DNA of 64,000 nucleotides, from NCBI RefSeq assembly GCF_000150275.1, contig NW_002060943.1:1602832-1666831 (forward strand). The letters run 5' to 3'. The notes beneath the pieces were generated by a model. That model was not told where the DNA came from and searched no databases. It worked only from the letters and a program-made list of their open reading frames with translations. The position numbers and the translations under genes were made by a program. This document shows, piece by piece, positions 21,568-35,000 of this stretch (positions are counted from its first letter, which is position 1; every line of letters starts with the position of its first letter). This DNA comes from Trichoplax adhaerens (Eukaryota; Animalia; Placozoa).

Positions 21568-22376
21568 ATGAAAAACCAAGTTGTCTTCCTCTGGGCTGTC
21601 GTATTCCTGGCTTGCTGTATGATATCAATTCAAGCAGCTAAACATAGTACCAATGATGAGTACATGAAGGATATCGATCATCTCCAATACAATCATTTAG
21701 TGCATAAATGGGCAGGTTTAAAAGCAAAAAATCACCCTAGTCGCCATAATCATTTAGCGTTTGCAGAAGCTGACAAAACAGAAAAATACTATGCAAGAAG
21801 TAATGATAAATATCGTCGGGTAAGATTAACATCAAACACAGTAAAGATGTTAGCCTAGATTACTCCATCATAATCTGCAGTAGCAGTCTTCATAACTGGT
21901 AAATTATATTTATGGAATGCATCTCTTGTTGATACTATAATTTTATTAGCTATAGCTTCCCCTCATAGAATCCCACAAGGGACTTATGTTGAGAGTTTCT
22001 TGCATGCGCAAATTGCCATACTTGTATATCTATAATTTATTAATATACCGAAATTTTATGATATAGTGCATGTATGGGACATATAAACACCATACTTCGC
22101 TATTAATCATCCTATATTTAATAATAAGCTCTTCCGATATTCGAATCCTGTATTAAAGAACATGATAAAAATTATCTTGTAATTTTCTATAAATTAGAAT
22201 TACGTAATAAATCAATATATTTAATCTCTTCTAATATTAATCACCTGTGAAAATTTCCTTTTCAGTGCTATTATCAGGGAGCATGTAACAGCCAAAGTAA
22301 CCATTGCTGCATTGCCTGTGATGTCACTGTTGGTCAATGCTTAGCATCTCCACCAGATGTCGATCCATTTCCATAA
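21568..22376 (+). CDS. Secreted prepropeptide 1 with C-terminal inhibitor-cystine-knot (knottin/conotoxin-like) peptide, 120 aa
   Basis: Exon 21568-21819 encodes signal peptide MKNQVVFLWAVVFLACCMISIQA plus a His-rich propeptide ending NDKYRR, followed by the donor gtaag. After the acceptor ttttcag, exon 22266-22376 encodes CYYQGACNSQSNHCCIACDVTVGQCLASPPDVDPFP-stop (phase-0 join). Cys pattern C-X5-C-X6-CC-X2-C-X6-C. Confidence 0.85.
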
Positions 22377-25300
22377 GAGAATCTACGTCAATATTAGCTG
22401 ATTATAGTCAGAAATACGCCCATTCATACAATCAAATAGCGATTAATATTATGGATACTCCTAAATTACCCTTCCCTTCTATTCTATCTTGAGAATTTAT
22501 TCTATAAAATTCATCAAATTTGATCATAATGCTTGACCAGGAAAATTATGAAATATTCAGCAATAACGGTATTCTTAACGTATTCTCTATACATGATATT
22601 GTAGAAAAGTTGTAACTATTACAAATTTCTACGACAATAATTGTTAAATCTTGGATAGAATTTACAGTAACCATATATCTAGATACTCTTAATCGAATAT
22701 AATAATTAGAGTATGATAATAACGACAGTATAATGAAGGATCTCCGCAATATATTATTCAGTTGATGCTTTTTCCGCCGATTATTTTCAGTGTAATATAT
22801 CTGCTGAAATACAGTTACTGCAAATCATTATGCAATGTAACTTAATGCAAACTAAACATCATGCCGAAACAGAAATCTTGTCGGATTATAATTTTGAATT
22901 TATACTGATCAATATTTTATAGATTTAACTTGCTAATATAATATTACGTAGGTGATAACGAAAAAAAGTGAGGCGATGTAGTGGCAATAATAATTGAATA
23001 AACTTCTGCAACTTTGCAATTCAACATGTTGTGGGAATGAACATTGTGTTATAACAGAGAACAAAGGATTTTAATTCTATCAAAAGTATTTTACTGTTTA
23101 ATAATGATTTACGACTAGGCGACTGTTATAGTTAATAATCAGTACCATAATTTATTGCATAAATCGAAGAAGCTTTACAGCTCATCAGTACCTTAGTGTC
23201 TCGTTCTTTATATTTGTCTCAGAGTTAAAAGTTAGCTAAATCGCCTGATTTTACCTCTAAAGAGATCAAACTTTTAATTCAACTGGATGTATATGCGAGA
23301 ATTGGTTATTTTCTTCTTGTAACTTAATGAAACACTTATGCATGCAATAGATCACACTACCGTTCACTAGCAAAGATTCATATTGCTGCAATGGGATTGA
23401 AATATTTAACTTTTTTCTAAAAAATTTGGGATATCATTATCGTAGTAATTCTATTCTTTCCTACATAATGCTGATTTAATCATCACCAACTGTGGTCATA
23501 ATAATATACAAAAGTTATATGCAGACGTTTATTTCCGAATTTGCTTGCTATGAAACTAAACTCGTGCAATAGCTAAAAAAATAAACTTTAAATCTATGCC
23601 ATAAATCTTATGTAAGCCAATGGTAAATAAGCGTGTAATATGATCGCAATCGCCTACCAACATAAAAATAACATGCCTATTGCAATGAAAATGTAAATAA
23701 AAGAGGTCGATAGTATAATAATAACATGCCTACAGTGTTTACAACTTGAAAATATCTTAAGATTACTTCTATCAGCTTAGCGGATAGAAAATATTTCGAA
23801 ATATGAAGCCATTAATTAGTAAAGTGGATATTCAAGACAGCAATAGAAAGCCTGATGTCGAAATAATTCAGTCTACGTCTTTAATTATTCAGCAACACGA
23901 GCATCACAAAGTGAAATAAGTTTAAGCTAAAGCTGTCATGAAGAGAGAGAAACTAATCGATGTCATCTTCCAATATGTTTATTAGCCGTCAATATTTTTC
24001 AACATAAGTATAAAATTTTTATGGCCTTTGCTTTATCGAAAATAAATAAACGAGAAAATTATTTTAATTAACGGTTACATTAATAATTAATTATCTAATT
24101 TAGCTTCAAGAAATTGGTTGACATTAAGCTGTCTAAATTCATCATGATAAATTTCCTAATCATCACGCATGAGAACAAAAATATTTTGGATAGTCTAGAC
24201 ATCAGAATACAGCATTATGATTTGATAAAATTGACTACTAAAAAAACTACACCAGCCTAGTTGATCACATTTACATTTCTAATTCAATTACATATTAGCT
24301 CCAAAGAGGCATTTGAAATTGTTCAAAATACCGCAATGTATGTAGAATAGCTATCTAGACTGCGACTCATTAGGGGAAATTTCAGTTTGTATTTCAGTTT
24401 TAGGAAGTCCATTTCATTTGTAATTCGATAATCCTAACCCCTAGATGTAAGTAATCATATCTCCTTTAAGGTTATATATGATTTAATATTTGAATATTGT
24501 CGTTGTTAGCTATATAATATAATGCCAAATCATTTGATAAATAAAGGAAAAAATTTTCTAAATCTTGTAATATCGAACTCCACTTTAGCCGAAAACCTCG
24601 CTATGTTAGTCCACAAATGTATTTCAAATTTGATACAAGAAAATAATTCTCAAACATTGGCTACTAATATTTAATGACCTATGCGGTATTAGTAAATGAT
24701 GAAATACTAATAACTAGAATGTTAGCATATGTCATTTCATAACACTGATGCTATTAACAATTCTCCCAGCTCTAATCAAGATATCTTCCTTTATTATTAA
24801 AATGAGGTGGAGTTAACTAGATTCGGAGTGACATTTTGTTAAAAATACGAAGATGTAGAGCTTTGTTATCGAAACTTCGATGCCAAAAGCCGCAGCACAT
24901 AATTAATATACGCATGTATAATTATATATCAAAAATTCGATTTCAAAATATTCCTGGTTTGACTTAAAGCCCTCATTGAAACGGCTAAAGCTCCAGTTTC
25001 TTTCTTAGATTTATTATTATTTGGCCAATAACTACAAAGAAAACAGCTAAAATATATCATTAAGACTAGAAAAACTGGTATATACGGTATCACAATACAA
25101 ATTCATGAAATAAATGTTATTGTAGAGATCTTACTCCAATTTGAAGTATTGCCCTTAGTGCTCTGCTCTTGGTAACAATTTCTCAGAATATATTAACGAA
25201 AAATCTCTCTTTTCTCTAAAGGAAAGGTTATTAATTTATTCTATTAGTTTATGGTGAATTCATGTCAATTTTCATCATTTTTTAACACATCGATTCTTTC

Positions 25301-26537
25301 TGCAACAGAGTAGGATACATTTGTAAGGATATACGAGCTTTAGTTCATAAATGAGTTTTACTTTGTTTTATTTGCATAGCCTATTTTTGTCTATATTTCG
25401 GTGTTGGTTCTTTTACAATTCAAATAAGATATGACAATAATGATACATCAATTATATATGCAGAAAAACTTATTATTCTATACTATTAATTCAAGGCGGA
25501 TCTATTTCTGTTTACATATACTATTTTTAATAATTTATATCCGGTTTAAATCAAGGCAGCAATAATAAAGCACAACAATATTTCATAAAGGAAGGTTTAT
25601 ATCTTTATTCTGTGAGTCAAGGGTAAATCTGTTTCCATTTTGTCATATTTTATGTCTTGTTTTCAATTCAGTTTAACCGGCACTAATAGAAGTGTCTTAA
25701 TTTAATTAAAAATTTGTGTTAGTACTCTATCTTATTTCTTTAACGTGGCTGTTACGTATCTATATTATCTTAAGATAGTTACTCCGAGAGTAACTGATAA
25801 AATTGATCTTTTTATTCATTAACCTGTGCTTATATATTCCCACCTATAACACAACATGCCATCATGATACGCGAACTTCGCTAGCTAAATTTTAGGGCTA
25901 TGATGAAGGCTATGTTGTCACACAGTATAAATCTTACATAGCTATATTAAGAGTTATAGACGATTACATATTAATATTAAATTTTACATGCTCATCTAAG
26001 TTACTTTCTAATTGTAATTACTCAATCTCTACAATACTGTACATGTCAGTGGTCAAACTTCATTTATATTATTTTTAGTTATTTACCTAGCCATTCAATT
26101 TTTTCCTTAATGTCTATATTAACTCAAATATTCAATAAAACTACGTTGTAAAACTAGGTAACTAACTTCATGATATCAATTAGATATAGCTATAGACAGT
26201 TTGCTAAGTCGAAATTAAATTAGTACTATTTAAGAAAGAGCAATTCACGTTTAGTAATGTGTGTATTAATACCATAAATTAAAATGGATTCCCCAGTATA
26301 TAGTCTGCTCTAATTCAGTAAGTCATGAATAATAAAAAATGAACAAACTTTAAAGCATTCGTCGTCAGCAATAAATCAAGTTGTCTTGAATTATATACAC
26401 AATATTAGTAGACCAAACTGCACTTTACGATTTTATCGATTACATACGGAATTAAAACTCTATGCAATGATAGAATTTATGGCAAGGAAAATGTTTCGCA
26501 ATCTCTCCTCTTGAGTAGCGTAGCCATGCTACAGCTT

Positions 26538-26630
26538 ATAAATACAGTCGTGCAGGCTTCACCATATTCTCATTTAATTATGTAATATTCAGTATACAGA
26601 AATAGATAATTGTCGCAGCGTTTACAGTTA
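26538..26630 (+). promoter_or_regulatory. Candidate TATA promoter and non-coding first exon of knottin precursor 2
   Basis: TATAAATACAGTCGTGCAGGCTTCACCATATTCTC resembles the precursor-1 promoter TATAAATACCGTGATTGCTTCTCCTATCTC. There is a donor-like ACA|gttagt at ~26627 and an acceptor tagcag at ~30886, 8 nt before the ATG at 30895. Confidence 0.35.
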
Positions 26631-29600
26631 GTTGGCAACAACTATTTTGTCCACGAGTGTATATCTGAAAGTACAATATGCACCTGCAACATGCTTATAA
26701 AGACAATAATTTTACTAATTGCTAGATTTACCAAATGAAAACCACCATCAGTTATAATTCACCGTATTACAACTATACAAATGTGTATTTTTTTAAACCT
26801 GTTCCTTTATATCTCTATAATTAATAATGCAAGGAAAATATAATAATTATACGTGTCCTATAAGGTATAGCTTTCATGGGATTTCATTAGAATAATACAG
26901 ATATACATCATATTACACTGATTTACTATAGAGCCCATATCAAATAGTGAAAACAGTAATAAATATTTAAGTTACTAGGGGTTAAATTAGAGTCTAATGT
27001 TGCTGAAAATTATATAACATTATATCTTATACACCATCAGATTTCTCATAGACAGTTGAATCTATTTCGTCATTAATATCGTGATGTAATAAACGTTATC
27101 AGAATTAAAATGAACTCTTTCAGTCTACAAACATTTTTAAAACTTTTTTTTGTAAATAGTTATTTCTATTGTAAAATTGGCTGCCTTATTTCCACTTACT
27201 AATTCCATACTATTATCATATTAACCAAGGACTAGATTAATAAATAATTAGCTTTACCTTAGACAATGACTTTAGAACTTTTAGACATTGTCAATAGGTC
27301 AATATAGACTATTTTCATAAATTTATCAGAATATCAACCTTAATGATAATGACTTTACTGAGCACATATCCGTTGATTATCTTCATGCCCTATTTCTAGA
27401 ATGTTAAATTTTATTTAACGGTATAATAAACTTTCTTTCATAAGGAATTCATGGCATTGGTTTCCTAATAGTGTATTTTGGCATACAGCAATTGTTTATC
27501 CTTAATGACTACCATAATATGCTCATAATTGTATTGTTATCATTGTTTGTAAACAGACTTTATTAAAATGCATTTAAGAACAAGCTATGAATTCATTGCG
27601 AAATAAGTTCAGCTCTACGTTATTTAAGGTACTGAAGTTGCAAATAATCAAATGCTCAGCCTTACAGAATTTAACTACCCGTAAATCATTGTCTTAGTAA
27701 TTAATTAGGTGCCTCCATTTGTACTTTAAGAATTCATCTATTTGCCACCCGGCTATCTGTCTATAATTATATATTATAGACAAATGGAGCCATGAATTAA
27801 GTCTGAAATTAATTTTGTCTGTAGATGTTCTTTAGAATCGTAATTATGGAAAGGAAGTTATTAAAATTATCTTTATTAAGACCTTTTTAAGGCGAGTTAA
27901 TCAATATAACTGTACTCGCAAGTAATTCACACATTAATTTACTTTCTATTTATTGTAACTTTTCATATATAATAACATAATAACGGATTTTTATTAAATA
28001 AAATATTACTGAAAAAGGCGACACTCAGTGTGGAAAAGGTATCAAGTACTATGAATCTAGAGAGAGCTTATCGAATTGAAGATTATAAAATTTGAGTTAT
28101 ACATCACTGTAACAAAATTTAAATCCAAAGAAAATGTTAGTGGATAGTAATAGCTTGGTCACAATTTATAGGGAGACTGTTGTTTCGCGGAGGATAAGAA
28201 CTAGCTATTAATAGAAGATCTCGCTTTATATACAACTGGCAAACATCATCTGTCATCTTACAAGTTAATAAAGCTTCCTAACTAATACAGTAGGAGCTTC
28301 TCTAACACCATAGTTCCTTATATTATTGTCTATCTTTCCGAATACGGCATAGATAACAACTGATTACATTTTTCATATACTTTTAGTCGACAACACTATT
28401 ATAATCATCATAATAAATAAGATATCTCTACTAATTTAGGATTTCCTATATTAACGTAAACAGCTCTTTAAGTTAGTTAATCTCGCTAACGTTACAAACA
28501 CTTACATGTAAACAGAAATGGTATTTGAATTAGTCAATAATGGTATTGCTAAGTTGATCTATATTCATCAACCAGCAGCCATTTCTTCCCTCCAAATGAT
28601 GATATTAAAATGCTACAATACTGGAGGTACTTTAGTATCGGAGAAAATAAGAATTACTGTATGATTATAATTATAACACTGTATAGCAGTTATAGACAGA
28701 TATTATTAACATCATATTATTGCATGCATGTATCGTCATCATTATTGTCTGTTTTCTTTAGAAAAGAGACATTTTATTCCCACAAGTATTCCCCATAATT
28801 TATATCGGTGATTGAAGCCGCTACAGATAGGCGAAATACTTATAATGGCAAATTGCAAGTAATGAAATAAAACTAAGTCATTCCTATTTCTCTCATACTA
28901 CTACTCCTCACTAATCATTATCGTTGTATTCGTTTTCTATAGGCAAATGTATTTTAACTATTCTTTACAGTCATAAATGAAGCATTTACTCATCTGACGA
29001 CTCTAACCTTATTTGTACCAACAGCATTACTAAATACGTGTATTTAGTATCTTATGTGTTTCATATTTCAAGAATTAAGTCAGAATTTAGGTTATACATC
29101 TTACTTTTGAAAAGAAGCTGATATACGTTTACGATGGATAGTGCTCATCATTAAAGCAAAACTAATATTTTCTTAACCCATTTGTATAGTGTAGTTCTAT
29201 ATATTGCAACACGCATGAGTAAGATATTGTTATAAATTGTAATCGAAGTATCTATTTATTCAATTTATACTCAGTAGATTGACATCCATGAGTAATACTA
29301 ATTACACGTGGTACTTCCCGAAAACAAAATTCCAAATCGAATAATTTATGATTTCCAATTTCATGGAAAGCCACATTTTTAGCACATCTATCAATAACTC
29401 AAGATGACCTCTAGAAGCGATATTATTGTGACAAATCACAGTAGCTCGTAAAAATAGAATTACGAAATATCTCAAGAGTTGGATATTAGCTAGATTTGTA
29501 GTACCGGTATTTCAAGTTAATTCAGATGTCAAGTTCAATGAATAGATTGGAGATTAACATCGGAATCGAATAATTAGTAATTTCTCCTTATACATATACG

Positions 29601-30894
29601 TACATGCTGGCATATCGGCTTATAGTATCAGCTATGAATAGATAATATTATTCTTGATATTTTTTTCAATGCATTCTAACAGGAAATCTATAATTACCAG
29701 TATTTAAGTCGTGATAAATTCTATAACTATAAATAGAGTTTAGAACAAATATAGTAGAACTAATGCAGATCTAAAACTGACGTTAATAAATAGTAAATTC
29801 AAGTCTACATAAGTATCACTACATAAAATGAATAACTGTAATTTAATGCTGACGTTGATTTACTAGTGTTTAAATCAGTCTTAGTCTCACAATTATTATT
29901 ATTTGCCTAATGCATTAGATTGTTTTTCCCATAACCTTGGTATTCTTTACCGAATTACTCATGTTTGGAAATAAATAACAAAACAAACAGGTGAGAACTA
30001 AACATCTTACTTCATATAATCAATATATTTTCTATTCCTGTAGTAATTACTGATTACGGTAAATAATAAATTATTATGCTGCTGCTACAACACGTCTTTT
30101 GAGAAAAATACCGTCATAAGAATTACTATTTCATTTCAATTCAAAAGGCATTGATTTTTAGATAAAAAGATTCTGTTCCTGTTGCATCATCCATGTTATC
30201 ATTGTTTCAACTCTTTTGCAAGATACTACAGGCACCAAGGTTTAACAATAAAATGCTAAAAGTGAGTAATAGGTGGGAAGAGGTAGCTCATAATGCTATT
30301 GATAGTGGCTATGAGATAGTCCATTCCAATTCCATGGACATATATGGCAAATTTGAAGAGAAAATTTATCAATATATGACCTCGTCTTGGTATTATCTTA
30401 AGTTTGGATTAGCTAGCATTGAATGAGAGTAATACGTATGCGATATGTATTAATAGCAACACTGTTTCTTTTTCTCGTAATCGATAAAGGAATTAATCTT
30501 TATAGTAATACGCATTTAGATTAGTACTTTTACGGTTGTCCTTGTATAATTATGATAGTCATAGATAAAGGTACTTCTGGATATTGTTACCTGTGATAAT
30601 TAGCCATAGTCGACAGTAAATGGTAAACTAATTTTAACAACACATTATGCCTGACCGGTATTATGATGAATTTACTCCTAGATAATCAAATGAATTCCTT
30701 CCGAATTATCCCACGCTATCATGGTATTGTCTTTCCAACTTTAAAATAAGATATAAGGGCTTACTTTTGTGCCAGTTATGACAATTTAAAAATCTTTATT
30801 CAACGGTATAATCCAAATTTCTCCACCAGTCTGACTTTATTTAGTCTTTGAACTTTTCCTATTTGACAAACTAACTAAATTAGCAGGTAGTAAA

Positions 30895-32021
30895 ATGTCA
30901 CACAAAATTTGTCTCCATTTGTCCATCTTAGCCGCCTTGGCTATCATCTGTCAAGCTAGATTGATTCAACGAAATGATGACTTTGATATACATGAAAGAG
31001 ATGAATTATCACCGGAAAAAAGTGCAATGAAAAATCTCCCATGGCAAAATATTCGTCACGACGTTGATGATGATAAAGAATATATGGCATTAAAAAGTAA
31101 ACGCGATGCCTACGAAAAAGGACAAGAGATATTATCCAATACTGACTTAACTCAGCCTATCCATGTAAATCCTTTGAAAGATTATTTATACCGAGCTGAC
31201 GATAAAAGCAACCAAAAAATTCTCTATGTAAGTTTGTTGAGTTGATTATTTGCTGTAAAGCGTTGTATAGTATCCATAGATAACACTACGCGAAGAGTCT
31301 CAGTTGTTTCATTCTCATACTAATCAAACATGGTTAGCAATGCTTACATTGTTGCTTTTGCATCATTAGATGATTTAATAGATTATTGATCTGTTTAGAC
31401 TGTAGTCTAAGCGGATAGTCCGTAGAGCTTTAATATATTTCCTATCCTATTACTGAATTAGCTATATATGCAACTTTGTGTTACTTGTTTACGAATTTAT
31501 AGCAATTCTCTGCAACCAACCGTAGTCAAGGATATATAAACTAAGCAACTCCAATAGTTTACATTTCTTTAAAAGAAATACAACCACATCAAAGTTACAA
31601 TTATATATTGTTATTTGCGTAAAATTTATAAGTTTAAAAGTTACCTGTTAAAGTAACTGTCATCAAAAGTTTACAAGATGTAGACTGTATGTATATAAAG
31701 TATTAATGGTACATATTATTCGACAGCCGTAACTACTTCCACAATATCGTTCATAAATACTGTATTAAGATCAATACGTATATTTTCTATTCCGCTATTC
31801 CGGTCTAATTGGAATATATTTTGCATCTTGATTTTTTCCTTTATGCTGGACTTTACCTTTGATAACCCATTACAATGTTTGGATCGATGAATGCCTCATA
31901 GTGCAAATATGATGGCTTATGTACATCTGACGTGCAATGTTGCACTAAGAAATGTATTTCTGTTGGCAATAATAGCAAAGAATGTGTTGGAATTAGTGGA
32001 GCATTAATATTCTTTAAATAA
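30895..32021 (+). CDS. Secreted prepropeptide 2 with C-terminal inhibitor-cystine-knot (knottin/conotoxin-like) peptide, 150 aa
   Basis: Exon 30895-31227 encodes signal peptide MSHKICLHLSILAALAIICQA, an acidic propeptide and a KSKR convertase site, and ends QKILY|gtaagt. After the acceptor ctcatag, exon 31902-32021 encodes CKYDGLCTSDVQCCTKKCISVGNNSKECVGISGALIFFK-stop (phase 0). Cys pattern C-X5-C-X5-CC-X3-C-X9-C. Confidence 0.85.
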
Positions 32022-35000
32022 GGTATGCTTTGTGGTCGATATAGGACAGCTTGATTAACAATTACAATTGCAGTTCTATTGTTCATAACATCTATCTGCT
32101 TAGACAAGATAGTTAACATTGTCTATTTATTTATTTATTTATAAAGCTTAATTTTGAGCTAAAATAGATAATTATATCTATTATTCAACAAACTAATAGT
32201 AGGCATCCTTTTACAGAAATTATTTATTTAGCAACATATTGTTGAAATGCTTTTCTTACTCATCGCACTAGCGGTCTACAAATTTTCTACTAAAGTTGAG
32301 AATACATGATTACTATAGTTTGCTGAATCTATTTTATATGCTTTACACGGTCTTTCATTTATTGCGAATTAAAAAACTAAGCAAATTGTGTACTTCCTGT
32401 ACGTACAAATACCAACGATGGATTAATATTCCTCTATGGATAGATTAAAAGCATGGCATGGTAGAGTTGCAATAGATGAAAAATATATACGTTTTCATAT
32501 GGCTCTTACTATTTTCTATAATGAAGCTTGCTATTATAGCCTTCTTACTATGCAAACAATATATTAAAACCCTTTATCTTCAGTAAAAGGTATTAAATCA
32601 TATTGTCTACTTAAGAATATTTAGAATATTGATTAATTACTATGTGAATAGGAATGTTAAAATTAGTTTGATTTCACGGCATTATTTGGTAAATTTTTAT
32701 AACCAGTTTAAGGGCCTAGATACATCTATCACTTTTAGACTATGTTTTGGTCAAAGATATTGAGTTATCACCTCCTACAGTCTCTACTAATGGAGATATT
32801 ATACTATAAATTTTATTTGATACCATAGCACACCTCTGATAGAATCCGATTTATAGTCTAGTTGCCGCGTCTATATTCCTCTCTATCAATAGATCAGCTG
32901 CAATGATTCCATCAACTTGAGAATTATGTTACACTTTTAATAATTTACTGATAGCCTCAGCACCATCTTTTATACGATTAAATTAATAAATAATTAAGTA
33001 CTAGTACTCCATTTATCATCCAATATTGTAGGCTACAGCATTTTCTAATTATATGTTGATGATTACTTTTACGGTATTACATAGCTATACATTGATATTG
33101 CTATCCAATTCGTTTCAGTAGTCTATTAACTCAGATAAGGAAGATAATCGAAAATTATTTTGATTTTCATCTATCTGCAGAGTGATTGAAATATTTATCT
33201 AATGTTAAAAAAAGTACATAACCATGACTATATCTCTTATCGACCTTGTCATGCTAATAATATTATTTCATATTTTATTTCTACAGGAATTATTCAAAGC
33301 ATAGCCGATTACCAAGCTCAGTTAGAATTACCACTGAAAACGATAAGATCTTTAAAGTTTTGCGCCGTAGAAAAATTTTAGAAATTAAGATAGTTGTAAT
33401 TGAAAAATAGGTAAAAACAAATTACACGAATTAAACCACGTTAGTTTTACGAATTGTTCCAACTTTGTGTAAGTGTATCTGTACTAGTTATTGCGCAAAT
33501 GAATAAAAATAACTTATAAAATGAGAATTCTGTATAGTATGATCATCTATTGCGTATTTGGCATAATATACGAGTGTTACTATCTTAATTCGAACCCCAT
33601 TAATGCAACCTTTCTATGCTACTCTATATAAAATAAGATAGTAGAGAAGAACTGAGTATTCAAATTACCCTAAAAAGATGCCTTTACTATTAATAATTGG
33701 CGATAACAGTACTTTTTAATCAATATGGGAATTAATGAGTACTAGAGAAGAGTCCTATATTTTAATTACTATGTATGCAGTTATTGTGTTTACAAGTCCA
33801 TTAAATGTCATACAACTAGCAAATAGTTAAACGGTGATAGATCCATAGTTGAAAGTGCTTAAAAAGGTATAGCTCATAGTATATAATTTGTATTTTTCTG
33901 TACTACCAATGATTTCGTCACTTTGGGCTCTAAGTAAGACGTAGACTTGCCATTTTCTGGCTTAAAATAGTATATTAATAATAAAAAATTAGTTATTAAT
34001 TACAACACTAACGAAGAAATTGAGACTGTTCTTGTGTTTTCGGTGGTCAAATAGAGAGAGAGATTCGGGTTATTTAGTAATTTCGTGTAATATTTGGTAA
34101 ATACTGTATTGTCCAAAACTTTTTCTGGAATATCTTAATCAATTTGCATAATGCAATCTACTTCTTCCTATGATCCTCTAGTATTCATTTTCTTAATTTA
34201 GTATTCCTACAATGCTTCTCGCCTTGTATCGATCGCAAACCTCATAAGCTGGAATTTTCTCTTTTTACGTAATCTTCGGCATCACGGTCCATTCAGGTCT
34301 AGCGCAGTCATCTTACTTATGATTACCGTGGAACTCTTTATAGAACCTATCTTATTACAATGTCACAAACTAATTAAGACTCGTCCACTTCTCACCTTAT
34401 TACTTGTAAAAAGTAGATTAAATCTAAAATAATGAAATCATTACCTGTACTTATATTTATATCCTGACGCATACACTAAAATCTATACAGTAAATGACAG
34501 ATATAAATTCAAATACAGTATTTGTCAGGAAATAGGCTTGTCGTGATGTTACCAATTAATTAAACCGATAGATCTCCAGTTATGCAACTAAGTACAGCCA
34601 CTGCCAGTATATTTCAAAATAATTAAAATACTAATGCTCGATGAGAGATTTTCTTTAATTCATTTAGGTTGCAAAAGATGATCCTTTTATTTTATGCATT
34701 CCATATAATTAAAGCAGACTGTAAGATAAAGCTATATGGAGACAATATACCATTAATCATCATTAACAGCGGCTCGAGAGAGAAGTACTGTAAATTTCAT
34801 TATGTAATGCTATATAAGTAATTATAATAACTGAAATAGAAAGGTTGAAGTTTTTGACTGTAAAGCGATCAAATCAAAGACTTCAACTAAAGTGATGATT
34901 TCCAAATCTTGAAGCACAGTTTGGCTATTTTAAAACCAAGTGTACCACTGAATAAAGCTGCATAGGTTATATGAGATAATTCTATCCTGTCCTTTCTAAA

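Noticed and set aside
22400-30800. Search for a third knottin exon between the two precursors
   Set aside because: By eye I found no acceptor followed by a C-C-CC-C-C frame and no signal-peptide exon; a degenerate copy cannot be excluded without computation.
31853-32119. 88-aa minus-strand ORF
   Set aside because: It is the antisense shadow of the knottin-2 mature exon on the plus strand.
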